In this document: piece after piece, positions 28,368 to 38,531 of the stretch
Numbering within the stretch: the first letter of the stretch is position 1
Layout: each line of letters begins with the position of its first letter
IMG/VR virus record: IMGVR_UViG_3300044797_000098
Coordinates: 248,001 to 312,000 of that record
Reading direction: 5' to 3' (one strand)
DNA length: 64,000 nucleotides
Translations under genes and position numbers: made by a program
The notes under the pieces: generated by a model
Database searches by the model: none
Told to the model about the DNA's origin: nothing
Seen by the model: the letters and a program-made list of their open reading frames with translations, nothing else

Positions 28368-29270
28368 TTATATATTATTATTTATTTGTTCCTCAATTTC
28401 ATTAAAATTACAATTTGATACAATAATTTCTGCTCTATAATTAACTTTATCGTGTAATAAATCATCGAGCCAAAACTTACCACCTGTTTTAGGAATTATA
28501 TTTGTGAATGCTAAAAATTTAACGTCTCTATCGAATAGATTTTTTTGTGTTTCGGCGAATGTAAAACTTCCCGACGCTCTTCCAATAATCACATCGCAAT
28601 GTTCGCTCAAAAACGCATTTTCATTTAAATCATTTCCATTTTTCTTTATTATATCACAAGAATAAACAACATTAGGTAAATTAATTTTCCCCTCATTATT
28701 AGAAACAATGAAAACCTTATCGCTATGTTTCTTTGCAACACTTTCAATAATACCATTCATATTGAACTCGTGTGCTTGTCCTGACAATACTTTTCCATTT
28801 GATATGAAAATCTTTTTTCCGTTGTGCTCATCCAGCCACTTTTTTGCTTCTCCAATATAAAACTTGCTATAATCAATTATTGGAAAAAACTCTTTTGGAT
28901 CGCAACCAATATCTCCAAGCGAAAACCCTAATGCCCCAATACAATTTTCATCTAATGCTGAATACAAACAATCCATAGATATACCATACCTATTCATATG
29001 CTTAAATTTTCCTTGTGCATACCAAGTATTTATATATACTGTGTCGCCATTTTTATGCCAAGTATTATGCTCGCTGCCACAATTACTTAATATACCTCTA
29101 TCATATATTAATCCATCAATATCTGCGAGCAATCCAGCGTAATTTTTGTGTGTATAACAAAATGTTATATCTTTATGTATTTCTTTTGCCTTTTCCATTA
29201 TCTTACGAATAAATCCTCGACTAACATGTATGTCGCCATTGTGGAAGTGATTAAAAAATACGATATTCAT
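28368..29270 (-). CDS. putative glycosyltransferase
   Basis: HNGDIH start; DVIIGRASG; cluster context. Confidence 0.45.
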   Translation of the reverse strand: MNIVFFNHFHNGDIHVSRGFIRKIMEKAKEIHKDITFCYTHKNYAGLLADIDGLIYDRGILSNCGSEHNTWHKNGDTVYINTWYAQGKFKHMNRYGISMDCLYSALDENCIGALGFSLGDIGCDPKEFFPIIDYSKFYIGEAKKWLDEHNGKKIFISNGKVLSGQAHEFNMNGIIESVAKKHSDKVFIVSNNEGKINLPNVVYSCDIIKKNGNDLNENAFLSEHCDVIIGRASGSFTFAETQKNLFDRDVKFLAFTNIIPKTGGKFWLDDLLHDKVNYRAEIIVSNCNFNEIEEQINNNI

Positions 29271-29830
29271 ATTAAATCCTCCGGCGGAAGCGTTTTATAT
29301 GGAGGTGGAACGACATCTTTCATTCCGTATGTTCTTATATTAGAATTATGAACATGATGGCTTTTCACCGTTTTACTTGGATTGGTAATGCTATATCCTG
29401 CTTTGTGAAACTCGTGTGCAATCCTGTTATCACATCCTCTTTTACCAAGTGGAAAATCTCCATATACATTTTCAACTTTTCCTCTAATTATCCAAGTATC
29501 TTGGCTATCTTGACGATTAAAATGAATGCTTGTGCCATTTCCTTTCCAATCCCAGCGCGACAACGCCCATACTTGTTTTCTCATTAATTTTTCTGTTAGA
29601 CTAATTGTTTCATCAAAAAATATATCTGAATTACATATTATATTGATATCATTATCACTTGTTATTTCATTTATTTTATCAAAAAAAAATCTATATGTCG
29701 GTCTATCTTTTGTATCTAAAATAACAACATTTAATAATGGATTCGCTAAATTATTTTTGTAGCATAAATCTATTTCTTGTTTTCTTGCAGGATTTTTATC
29801 TTCATAATAATTGTAGAATAGTCTAATCAT
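29267..29830 (-). CDS. GT-A-like protein
   Basis: IICNSDIFFD, SQDTWI, GCDNRIAHE. Confidence 0.5.
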   Translation of the reverse strand: MIRLFYNYYEDKNPARKQEIDLCYKNNLANPLLNVVILDTKDRPTYRFFFDKINEITSDNDINIICNSDIFFDETISLTEKLMRKQVWALSRWDWKGNGTSIHFNRQDSQDTWIIRGKVENVYGDFPLGKRGCDNRIAHEFHKAGYSITNPSKTVKSHHVHNSNIRTYGMKDVVPPPYKTLPPEDLI

Positions 29831-31731
29831 TATAGTTTTCCAATTAATCCTGTGATATTTAATAACTCTAATACTCTCGAAGTAAATGTATGATTTTTCA
29901 TAACAACATCATAACCATTTTTACCAATTCTATTGGCTTCATTTATATTATTTTTGCACCATTCAATTTTATCTACCAAGTTTTGGATTGAACGAGCAAT
30001 TAATATATTTTCTCCTTCAATAAAATAATCTTCAATCCCCGGAAAATACCAAGATATTGTTGGTCTTCCTGACCCTAAACAATGCAATAATCTATCTGAA
30101 AAATAATGTGCTATATTATTAAAATTACTTATGCTAACACAACATAGACTTTCGTTATATACATCATTTGCTTTTCTGTTTTCAACGCTTCCATTTGATT
30201 TACTACCATAACCGTTTCCGAATAATCCAAACCTACCACCAAAAACATCTTTGCATTTACTAACTGCATCGTGTCTCATTCTACCATCTGGGAATGTTCC
30301 TCCATAATGATTTCCTAAAAATACACCGTCATATTTAAATTCTGTTGCGTTTTTAGCATAATTGATTTTTGGGTCTAATCCAATTTGCCAGTATCTTATA
30401 TTATTTAATCCAGCACTTTTATACATATTTAATTGACCCGTGCTTGATATTAATGAATAATCAACTAATTTACCAATAGTAATAAAATCTGATACCGCAT
30501 TGGCTCTAACATCTCCCGACCAATTTGTTATGATTGTTCCTTGTGATGCAATTCTGGCTTCACTTAACGCGTCTTTTAATAATCCAGTAAATTGTAATTG
30601 CGTATGGATTAATTGTGGCTTGAACTCACTTACTCTTTTTAGAAACTCTGCTTTTAGCGCTGGATGACTTTTACAATTTTGCCAATGCGACCAGTAATCA
30701 TATACCTGTAAATCAACACCAACATTATTAAATGCGTCTCGCATGCCTTGTTGTTCGCCTAACTCTAAATATAATACGCGAAGTTTTTCACTATTTTTAC
30801 GAAGCGAAGAAAGATCATCTGGCAACGGGTATAACTTGACCGATTCGTTGCTTGTCTGTATTGGCTGCATAGAACACATAATTTGCTCCAATTTTGTTTC
30901 AAGTATAACATTCACATTAGGAGGCGGAAACTGTCTCGCAATATGAGGAACGGGCGTTTCTTTTGATCTTGCTTCCGCTTCTGCTCTGTCTTTTTCTTCT
31001 CTCTCTTTCCTTTGTTGTTCCTCGCTTGCTAATCTCTTTGCTCTTTCTTCTGCTTCCTGTCTCGCCAATACCATTCTTTGTTCATTTAATACCTTTTGAG
31101 CAATGTTCTTATCTCTTCTTATGAACCATATCCTTCTAAATCCGTCATTTTTCCCTGTATTCCGTTCTTGCCAGTCATATCGATTGCCCCTTATTCCTAA
31201 TTTTGTGTCATCAACTCGCTTGAATGTTGCACCAATGCTTGACAATGTATTCTGTATCAAAACACTGCTTGCAAGATTAATTTCGCCATTGTATGATAGA
31301 TCGTGAATAACACTATCTTCACGATGCATTTCGCTTTTTTCATGCACAAAATCCAACACTTCCGTTTCCAAAATAACAACTTCGGCAGCGGAACATATAT
31401 TATTTAAATGCTTTGCATAATCCTTTAAATGGCACATCACACCAAGCGAAAATACCACATCGAACTCAAAATCAGCGAATGGCCAATCTTTGTCCAGATC
31501 TAATTGGATTGTGCGAATATGCGGATATTTCTTGTTGATTGCAACAAGGTGTTCTTTTCTTGCATCTACTGCGGTTATTCTCGCACCCACTCGTGCGAAG
31601 GCATTGGCTAAATCGCCATTGAAACAACCGAGATCCAAAACATTTTTATTTAGAAAATAACGATGACCAAAATAATCAATGATTAGTTTTGCTAATTTGT
31701 GATTTCTTTGATCATATTCCAACGGGTGCAT
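29830..31731 (-). CDS. fusion: class I SAM methyltransferase + coiled linker + CgeB/GT1_2 glycosyltransferase
   Basis: VLDLGCFNG at the N-terminus; C-terminal YFSDRLLHCLGSG...IGKNG...HTFTSRV. Confidence 0.85.
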   Translation of the reverse strand: MHPLEYDQRNHKLAKLIIDYFGHRYFLNKNVLDLGCFNGDLANAFARVGARITAVDARKEHLVAINKKYPHIRTIQLDLDKDWPFADFEFDVVFSLGVMCHLKDYAKHLNNICSAAEVVILETEVLDFVHEKSEMHREDSVIHDLSYNGEINLASSVLIQNTLSSIGATFKRVDDTKLGIRGNRYDWQERNTGKNDGFRRIWFIRRDKNIAQKVLNEQRMVLARQEAEERAKRLASEEQQRKEREEKDRAEAEARSKETPVPHIARQFPPPNVNVILETKLEQIMCSMQPIQTSNESVKLYPLPDDLSSLRKNSEKLRVLYLELGEQQGMRDAFNNVGVDLQVYDYWSHWQNCKSHPALKAEFLKRVSEFKPQLIHTQLQFTGLLKDALSEARIASQGTIITNWSGDVRANAVSDFITIGKLVDYSLISSTGQLNMYKSAGLNNIRYWQIGLDPKINYAKNATEFKYDGVFLGNHYGGTFPDGRMRHDAVSKCKDVFGGRFGLFGNGYGSKSNGSVENRKANDVYNESLCCVSISNFNNIAHYFSDRLLHCLGSGRPTISWYFPGIEDYFIEGENILIARSIQNLVDKIEWCKNNINEANRIGKNGYDVVMKNHTFTSRVLELLNITGLIGKL

Positions 31732-31749
31732 ATATTCCTAATAATATGC

Positions 31750-32484
31750 TTAACCATTGAAAGGTATATATATTGATTTTTGTTTTGATGAATATAGACC
31801 ACAATTTTGACGAAACTTTGCTATATTTTTTGAACGACATTCATCTTTAAATTTACGGTAATCGCCCGTATCCAACTCCCCTACGCCGAAGTGATTTCCT
31901 TTTTCTTGAATATAACCAAGTTTCCATCCTGCTAATCTACTGCGAAAACCCCAATCACTATCTTCTTCGCCATATCTTTCATATTCTGTTGTAAAAAATC
32001 CAATCCGTTCGTGCAACATTCTGTGAAAAACCATACAAGCACTTCCTAAATTACCTTGTGCTTTTATTTGGAATGTCTTCTTATTTAGTGTGATTTCAGG
32101 ATATGAAACATCTTCCATATTTACGCCAATGGAAAATGTAGGATTAACACTAATGACATCAATACATTTGTCCAACCAATTATCAGGAAACTCACAATCA
32201 TTATCTATTGTAGCAAGATACTCTGCATTATACTTTTCAGCAATTTTTAATCCACGATTTCTTCCACGAGCAATACCAAGATTTTCAGCATTTAAATGAA
32301 TATCGTATGATAGACAAAACTCATTCACTTTTAATGATTTTAGATATTCTGGCGTTCCATCTGTGGAACCATTATCTGTAATGATTAAATGGTATGGTGA
32401 TTTTGTCGTGGCAAAAAAATTATCGAATGTTCGCTGTGTGAGCGAAAGACGATTATATGTAGTAAGCATGATGCTCGTTGTCAT
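31750..32484 (-). CDS. GT2 family glycosyltransferase
   Basis: LTTYNR, ITDNGSTDGT, NLGIARGRN, IDND, YGEEDSD. Confidence 0.92.
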   Translation of the reverse strand: MTTSIMLTTYNRLSLTQRTFDNFFATTKSPYHLIITDNGSTDGTPEYLKSLKVNEFCLSYDIHLNAENLGIARGRNRGLKIAEKYNAEYLATIDNDCEFPDNWLDKCIDVISVNPTFSIGVNMEDVSYPEITLNKKTFQIKAQGNLGSACMVFHRMLHERIGFFTTEYERYGEEDSDWGFRSRLAGWKLGYIQEKGNHFGVGELDTGDYRKFKDECRSKNIAKFRQNCGLYSSKQKSIYIPFNG

Positions 32485-32717
32485 ACTAAAATCCTATATT
32501 TATTTATTTTGTATTCTAAATGGGGAAACGCGATTGCAATTCTATCGAGAATATATTCTTTTCTGTTTTGAGCAAGTGAAAAACATAATTTTATTAATTC
32601 ACCAATATTTGATGAGTTAACTGTTTCTTCATTTCTTCGTATCGCATCAATAACATAAATCATAGGGTTTATACCAATAACTTCTTGAGTTGCCCATCCA
32701 ATTTTTAATTCTGACAT
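32481..32717 (-). CDS. hypothetical protein, C-terminal tag (NKYRILV*)
   Basis: Tag. Confidence 0.65.
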   Translation of the reverse strand: MSELKIGWATQEVIGINPMIYVIDAIRRNEETVNSSNIGELIKLCFSLAQNRKEYILDRIAIAFPHLEYKINKYRILV

Positions 32718-32718
32718 A

Positions 32719-33114
32719 TTAATTCAGCATCTTTTTGTCATCTTTTACGACTGCCAGCATATCGTCTTCTTTTACTTCATCACTATCTTCTGGTGTAATT
32801 TCGCCCTCATATACCACGCACTCACTATCGTTAGCATACCAGCAGGTCTTTGCCATATCTTCCGCAATGTTGTGCAAAATAGCATTGGCGTCCTCATCGT
32901 CCATAATAAAATCATATTTGTCCGAATATTCAGGAAACTGTTTTGATTGCTCTAATAATGACATGAGTTTTTCTTTCATTTCAATTTCTTCCTCATCATC
33001 CATCTCTGGATCGATGTCAATTCCATCTTCTAACATATTCTGCAATACTATGTCAATTTGGTAATGAATTGCAGCGTGTTGTTGTTCGTGATCTAATTGG
33101 TAAAATAATTTCAT
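32719..33114 (-). CDS. acidic hypothetical protein
   Basis: GAGGAG SD; very Asp/Glu-rich. Confidence 0.7.
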   Translation of the reverse strand: MKLFYQLDHEQQHAAIHYQIDIVLQNMLEDGIDIDPEMDDEEEIEMKEKLMSLLEQSKQFPEYSDKYDFIMDDEDANAILHNIAEDMAKTCWYANDSECVVYEGEITPEDSDEVKEDDMLAVVKDDKKMLN

Positions 33115-33149
33115 TGTATAGTCTCCTCAATATATAATATATCAGCGTT

Positions 33150-33431
33150 TTATTTTTGGCATAATTTTTTCAACGCTGCAATTTCTTTAACGTATATTTT
33201 CTCTTCTTTTTTGTCAGTCGTGATCAATTCTATTTCAATTTCGTAAGCGCAATACTTACAATAAGAATATACTACACCTTGACCGCCAAAATTGTAAAAC
33301 TCCTGAAACTTCCCTGACATATCATGCCCAATCTCACATGCCTCTTTTGTCATTTTTTCTAAAATGATCTGGATTAAATGTTTTGTGTTATTTGCAAGCG
33401 GGCGAAGTTTTTCTATGTCGTCATTGTTCAT
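33150..33431 (-). CDS. DIEKxxxLA/CxxC paralog 1
   Basis: Aligns with 33428 and 34164. Confidence 0.7.
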   Translation of the reverse strand: MNNDDIEKLRPLANNTKHLIQIILEKMTKEACEIGHDMSGKFQEFYNFGGQGVVYSYCKYCAYEIEIELITTDKKEEKIYVKEIAALKKLCQK

Positions 33432-33721
33432 ACATTAGCCTTACAAAAACCTATTGTTCCAACATTGATATGTTCTATTAATACGTTTTTGTAATTAGTA
33501 TTACGACTACACTCAACATCAATAATATAACTACATTTTCTACAAGCCGACCTAACACCATCTGTGCCTTCATAATTATTATTATGGAGCCAATACCCGT
33601 ATGGCTCGCCCATATTGTGATTTTTTACTTCTTCTTTTATTATCTTATTTAATAATATCGTTAGAAAATGATGATTATCATTTGCCAGTAATCGTAATTT
33701 TTCTATATCCTCTTTTTTCAC
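33428..33721 (-). CDS. DIEKxxxLA/CxxC paralog 2
   Basis: Aligns with 33150. Confidence 0.7.
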   Translation of the reverse strand: MKKEDIEKLRLLANDNHHFLTILLNKIIKEEVKNHNMGEPYGYWLHNNNYEGTDGVRSACRKCSYIIDVECSRNTNYKNVLIEHINVGTIGFCKANV

Positions 33722-34167
33722 GACAATACCAATATCGTATTAACTCTTCGATCCAATATATTTGGATCAGTTATATAATCTTCGGAACCAAAAATCTTAT
33801 TCAATTCTGCTTTTATTTTCTGTAATCCTTCATAATAACTATAATGATAGTCTTTACGCGAGATATCAACTTGGCTTAATCGATCACATAATGCCTTTGC
33901 ATTTGGGAATGTTATTGTCAATTTTTCGAATGCCTCTTTTCTTGCATTGTCTTTCATTTCCTCATATGCATCACAACCACTACAAGAACCATAATGATAT
34001 TCAATAAAACGATATTGACCGTCTCTTGTTGCTAAAAGACATACCGACCCTTGATAGTCATTTTCGCTTTTATCAATTATTATAGTCCAACCATCAAAAA
34101 GATATTCTATATCTTCTGACCATCTGCAACCTGTTGCTATTGTATCATTCCATTTTATAGGTTTCAT
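33718..34167 (-). CDS. hypothetical protein, tag variant (NTILVLS*)
   Basis: YGSCSGCDAYE. Confidence 0.65.
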   Translation of the reverse strand: MKPIKWNDTIATGCRWSEDIEYLFDGWTIIIDKSENDYQGSVCLLATRDGQYRFIEYHYGSCSGCDAYEEMKDNARKEAFEKLTITFPNAKALCDRLSQVDISRKDYHYSYYEGLQKIKAELNKIFGSEDYITDPNILDRRVNTILVLS

Positions 34168-34445
34168 TTATATTCTCTCGTGCATTTCATATCTTCACAT
34201 TTCATTGTAAGCCCCTCATGCCCATTATTACATACCCAAACTTCATAATCACATTTATTACATTGCGTTGAAAACAATATAAAACCCCTACTATGTTCAA
34301 AACTTTGCGAACATATAGACATATTATGTCCATTATCATTTGCCTGTTGAACGATTTTTAACATTAATAAATCAATTAATTGATATGTATTATCTGCAAG
34401 GGTTTTATATTTTTCAATATCAATCATTCTGTTGCGTTTTCCCAT
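34164..34445 (-). CDS. DIEKxxxLA/CxxC paralog 3
   Basis: DIEKYKTLA...GHNMS...CNKC. Confidence 0.65.
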   Translation of the reverse strand: MGKRNRMIDIEKYKTLADNTYQLIDLLMLKIVQQANDNGHNMSICSQSFEHSRGFILFSTQCNKCDYEVWVCNNGHEGLTMKCEDMKCTREYK

Positions 34446-34804
34446 CCAGCAGTATAACCTTCACAAAAAGATCTTAATGCACTAATACAATCATCCATAC
34501 CATATACATATATAGATGATGTATAACTGTTATATACATAAAACTTGTAATCAGGATATTGACTTTCTAATAAATAGAATAATTTCTTAATACATTTATC
34601 ATCATTTGATGATGCCAATACGATTTTATTTTCCTCGGTATGATTTGGACAATATGTCTGATGATTAGGATATATTTCATCGCATAATTCACATCTTGAA
34701 TAGATCATGTTTTGATCCTTTAATGTAGGGCAATTATTTATATGTCCTTCGGATTGAATAACTCCACCGCATAAATTACATTTTCTTCCGTCGAATGTTG
34801 TCAT
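34424..34804 (-). CDS. Cys/His-rich hypothetical protein
   Basis: Two CxxC...HxxxC units. Confidence 0.6.
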   Translation of the reverse strand: MTTFDGRKCNLCGGVIQSEGHINNCPTLKDQNMIYSRCELCDEIYPNHQTYCPNHTEENKIVLASSNDDKCIKKLFYLLESQYPDYKFYVYNSYTSSIYVYGMDDCISALRSFCEGYTAGWENATE

Positions 34805-35448
34805 TTTCTTAATCCGTTTCTAATAATTTCTTTATGAGACCAATGTTCGTCTGTATTAACGTGATTTGCTCTAACCTGTTTCATCACCGATTTAAAAAAA
34901 TCCTTATCATCAAACTCGTCTGCAATTCTCACAACAATTCCTTCTTTTTCTCCGCCACATAACGATTTACCTAACATTAATTTTTTTGTTAGTTTTTCCA
35001 ATTCTTTTTCTGAACTAACTATTCCTGTCCATAAAACTGGAACCGTTGGAACTCCAAGCATTTCTGCCCACTCACATACACCGTCCCAAGATAGCCATAT
35101 ATCATTTGTCCTAATTGCGAACAATAAAAAATATGCTGGTAATTCACTGTATGCTATGGAATGCAATGCAAAAACGTTTTCTCCAAAAAATTGAAAACCT
35201 TCGGGAAGAAAAGATTTTATCGATGAATGGAATGCTTTAATATGATCGAACGATGGATGTGTTGGCGAATGTGAATGTGTTCGGGCAAAAACATTATCTT
35301 TCTCAATGGAACAATTTGATCCATCGATTTTTTCTGATACAATAATGGGCTTTGACAATAATGTTGATACATCAAACGCAACTTTATCGTCGGAACCTTT
35401 TCCTACTGACCAAGGAAGGTGTGGCGTGCGATTATATTTCTTGCTCAT
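34801..35448 (-). CDS. RNA ligase (Rnl2-family nucleotidyltransferase domain)
   Basis: KYNRTPHLPWS, SEKIDGSN, FFGEN, EKEGIVVR. Confidence 0.88.
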   Translation of the reverse strand: MSKKYNRTPHLPWSVGKGSDDKVAFDVSTLLSKPIIVSEKIDGSNCSIEKDNVFARTHSHSPTHPSFDHIKAFHSSIKSFLPEGFQFFGENVFALHSIAYSELPAYFLLFAIRTNDIWLSWDGVCEWAEMLGVPTVPVLWTGIVSSEKELEKLTKKLMLGKSLCGGEKEGIVVRIADEFDDKDFFKSVMKQVRANHVNTDEHWSHKEIIRNGLRK

Positions 35449-35849
35449 TTTAATAAAATATATTTCTCAAACTTTGATTTTAATTTATTAAACTCTGCTG
35501 AAAAATCATCATTAACTGGAAGCGCCATATATGGCATTGAAAATAAATATTTTTGTTCGGAGGTCATATTTTTTCTATTGGGCTGTGTAATCCAAGTATA
35601 TACATATGAAGTTATTTTATGAAAATCGGTTCTCCCATATGTTATACCACTCGCAGCAATCCAATCATCATTAAATTTAAATGGTAAATGATATTGAGTG
35701 GCAAACCACCAATTTTCTCTAACTCCAACATGCGGAAGATAGCCAATTTCTGACCAACAAGGGCAATTCTTTGGGTCTGAACAACCAAAATCTTCTTTAT
35801 TTTCGCCACCTTTATATTTCATAGGGGCGCCACAAACCGTGCATTTCAT
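35445..35849 (-). CDS. CxxC protein, C-terminal tag (EKYILLK*)
   Basis: CTVC; tag. Confidence 0.7.
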   Translation of the reverse strand: MKCTVCGAPMKYKGGENKEDFGCSDPKNCPCWSEIGYLPHVGVRENWWFATQYHLPFKFNDDWIAASGITYGRTDFHKITSYVYTWITQPNRKNMTSEQKYLFSMPYMALPVNDDFSAEFNKLKSKFEKYILLK

Positions 35850-35896
35850 AGCATCACCAATTTAATTGCTAATGTTTTTAGGGCAAGGTGCGTAAA

Positions 35897-36463
35897 TTAT
35901 TTTAATTTTGATTTGGCTTCTGCCTCTTCAATGAATGACTTATATTTAGATGCATCAACATTATGTTTTTTAGCACATTGTCTTGCATGAACCTTTGCAT
36001 GAGCGGGGGATGATGCTAAACGATTATCTTTGCATACGGGACATTTTACGAATGCGTCTTCGTTGTCTGCATATTTTTCGAGCAGTATTTCTAATGATGA
36101 TTTCTTTTTCTTCTTTTCTAAATCTTTTATTTTGATGCCCGGATATTCACTATGAACTTTTCTAACCACTGTATTTTGCAACTCTTTAAGGCTTCCTGAC
36201 CACCATTCAGGTGCTGAACTATATTGATGCACGCGCGCTATCGCATTTGCTCCCTGCGCTTCTGAATTGACCGGAAAATGCTGAACATTTGATTTATTTT
36301 TGGGATGATTGACATCTACTGCAACTGTCCCTCTATGACGGGATTTTGCGGAGGGTTTTAGGTTTTTACTTTTCTTTTTTTCCTTTACCGCTTTCGCAAT
36401 AACTTCCAATGGCTGATCACACCAATATTCAAACTTTTCTGCTAATTTATTAAAATTATCCAT
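35897..36463 (-). CDS. basic hypothetical protein with C-terminal zinc finger
   Basis: CPVC...HxxxCxxxH; preceded by GAAT-N6-GTAT. Confidence 0.7.
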   Translation of the reverse strand: MDNFNKLAEKFEYWCDQPLEVIAKAVKEKKKSKNLKPSAKSRHRGTVAVDVNHPKNKSNVQHFPVNSEAQGANAIARVHQYSSAPEWWSGSLKELQNTVVRKVHSEYPGIKIKDLEKKKKKSSLEILLEKYADNEDAFVKCPVCKDNRLASSPAHAKVHARQCAKKHNVDASKYKSFIEEAEAKSKLK

Positions 36464-36610
36464 AGTATGAATATACTAATTTATTCATATATACCAGTGA
36501 GGAAGTTTTTCGTATTTATTGTTGCTTTATCATTATGTTATGGCTGTTCCTCAACTTAACCTCTGTTAATTCCAGTTTTATCCTCGAATGGTAAATCCGT
36601 TCAAACCAAT

Positions 36611-37114
36611 GTGTATATAGATCATAGTTTTTCTATATCCGAAGAAACTGATATAACTAATGCGTTAAAATCTTGGGAATGTTCTTTAAATTACAAAATA
36701 AGATTTAAAATATATTACAACGCACACAACGAAGATATTGACACCAGTAATAATAAGGATTTATTTATACGAAAAACTGATCAAAAAGATCCAAGAATAA
36801 TTACTGCCAATGAAAAATTACAACAAGGCGATGATAGAAAGGATAGGTTTGTTGTTGGATTATTTTTAATTGGAACCGATCATCCAAGTGTTATATTATT
36901 AAGTATGGATAGAATTAATTCTGATTTGTGGCAGATCACTGCGCATGAGGCAGGACATTTTTTAACTGGAAGCAGTCATTCTGATGACAAAAATAGTATT
37001 ATGTATAGATTTGCCGATCTTGCATCGAAAGATATAACCGAACTCGATGTAAAAAAGGCCTGTTCTATTTATGAATTTAATTGTAATGATATGAAAGTAT
37101 GTAATATTAAATGA
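36611..37114 (+). CDS. matrixin/M10-like zinc metalloprotease
   Basis: AHEAGHFLTGSSHSDDKNSIMY (HExxH...H plus Met-turn). Confidence 0.8.
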   Translation: MYIDHSFSISEETDITNALKSWECSLNYKIRFKIYYNAHNEDIDTSNNKDLFIRKTDQKDPRIITANEKLQQGDDRKDRFVVGLFLIGTDHPSVILLSMDRINSDLWQITAHEAGHFLTGSSHSDDKNSIMYRFADLASKDITELDVKKACSIYEFNCNDMKVCNIK

Positions 37115-37836
37115 AAATAAAACTATATTACTTTTTCCGTTTCATAACATTATTATTTCTCATATTCATAACGATTTGCGCAATTCAATCATTCATTCCG
37201 AAAAGCCTATCAAACGATACACCACAACCAATTATTGAACATACGCAAACATTATTAACATCACAACCAAAAGAACCCATTTATATTACATCTATTATTT
37301 TAATAGACCCAGTATTCTCAAAAATTGAGATCGATACAATAAAAGATGCTTTGGATCGATGGGTGTATGCTACAAATGGAATAATAAATATCACCTACGA
37401 AGTCGGTTATTATCCCAATATGAAAATAAAATTGCGTAAAAACTCATTATTAAATATAATCAGAATTAAACCAACAAACGAAAATAATCCATTAATTAAT
37501 CGAATTGAGGCATTATTGCAAGTGCCTATTGTTGGATACGCAGACATTGACAACGAAACCAATCAGGATATCACAACAATTTATATAGTTAATGGAAACA
37601 TTGACAACATTGAGGAATATAAAACAACCGTGCAACACGAGTTCGCACATGCTGGTTTAAAAATGCTTCATCTTCGCGATTATTCTCTTATGGTGCCGGG
37701 CGCAGATTTTGCCTCATCATATATAACGCAAACGGATTTAAAATACTTTTGTTATTTATATAACTGCGATGCTGAACAATTAAATCCGTATGATCCCGCC
37801 CCGATCTGTTCCGACACAACATTTCATTTGTTTTAA
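37111..37836 (+). CDS. membrane-anchored matrixin-like metalloprotease
   Basis: N-terminal TM helix; QHEFAHAGLKMLHLRDYSLMVP. Confidence 0.75.
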   Translation: MKIKLYYFFRFITLLFLIFITICAIQSFIPKSLSNDTPQPIIEHTQTLLTSQPKEPIYITSIILIDPVFSKIEIDTIKDALDRWVYATNGIINITYEVGYYPNMKIKLRKNSLLNIIRIKPTNENNPLINRIEALLQVPIVGYADIDNETNQDITTIYIVNGNIDNIEEYKTTVQHEFAHAGLKMLHLRDYSLMVPGADFASSYITQTDLKYFCYLYNCDAEQLNPYDPAPICSDTTFHLF

Positions 37837-38531
37837 AATAACACAACCATCATTTGTGCTCGATCAGCAGACGGAACCTCATTAGCAAACAATTTTATTT
37901 CTCTTTTGTTTTTGCTCTTTAACACTTTATCTTCAAAACGCCTTATATCCATTTTTGGAAACATTTTACAAAATAACCTACAATACATAAGGCTTTTACT
38001 ATTCAATATCAATTCTTGGATGATTTCTAAATCTTTTTCATCTTTTGATAGTTTTGCATATTGAAAAAGATATCGCGGTCGTTTTGATTTCAATACGCTT
38101 TCTCTAAAATTATTGTATGGATATGTTTTAATGAAACACATATATAGATATTTTGCTTTTATATTATTTGATTGAGCAACAATATCTCCAATTTTATTCT
38201 TATCCGCTCCATTAACGAAACAAGCAAAACGGGCCATTTCTTCATAATCATTTGATTTAATAATTGCATCTTGCAATTTTTTTATATTTGCTTTTCCTAT
38301 GTTGGAGGCAAAACGGTAAATCAAACGACCGTTGCCGGTTTTACATATATAATTTTCTATTCGCGTAGTCCTGACTCCAATGAACTCTAATTCATATGCA
38401 AGTCGCAACGCCAGATATGTATTTTTAGTCTCGAATATATAATCTTCTAATTCTTTTATTTGCTCTAATCGTTCTTTTTTATCTTCAATTTTTATTACAT
38501 TAGTGATGGCAGAAAGAAAAATATTTTCCAC
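37833..38531 (-). CDS. helical-repeat protein, tag variant (MMVVLF*)
   Basis: Repeated LQDAII/IQELIL...Y.F units. Confidence 0.65.
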   Translation of the reverse strand: MENIFLSAITNVIKIEDKKERLEQIKELEDYIFETKNTYLALRLAYELEFIGVRTTRIENYICKTGNGRLIYRFASNIGKANIKKLQDAIIKSNDYEEMARFACFVNGADKNKIGDIVAQSNNIKAKYLYMCFIKTYPYNNFRESVLKSKRPRYLFQYAKLSKDEKDLEIIQELILNSKSLMYCRLFCKMFPKMDIRRFEDKVLKSKNKREIKLFANEVPSADRAQMMVVLF

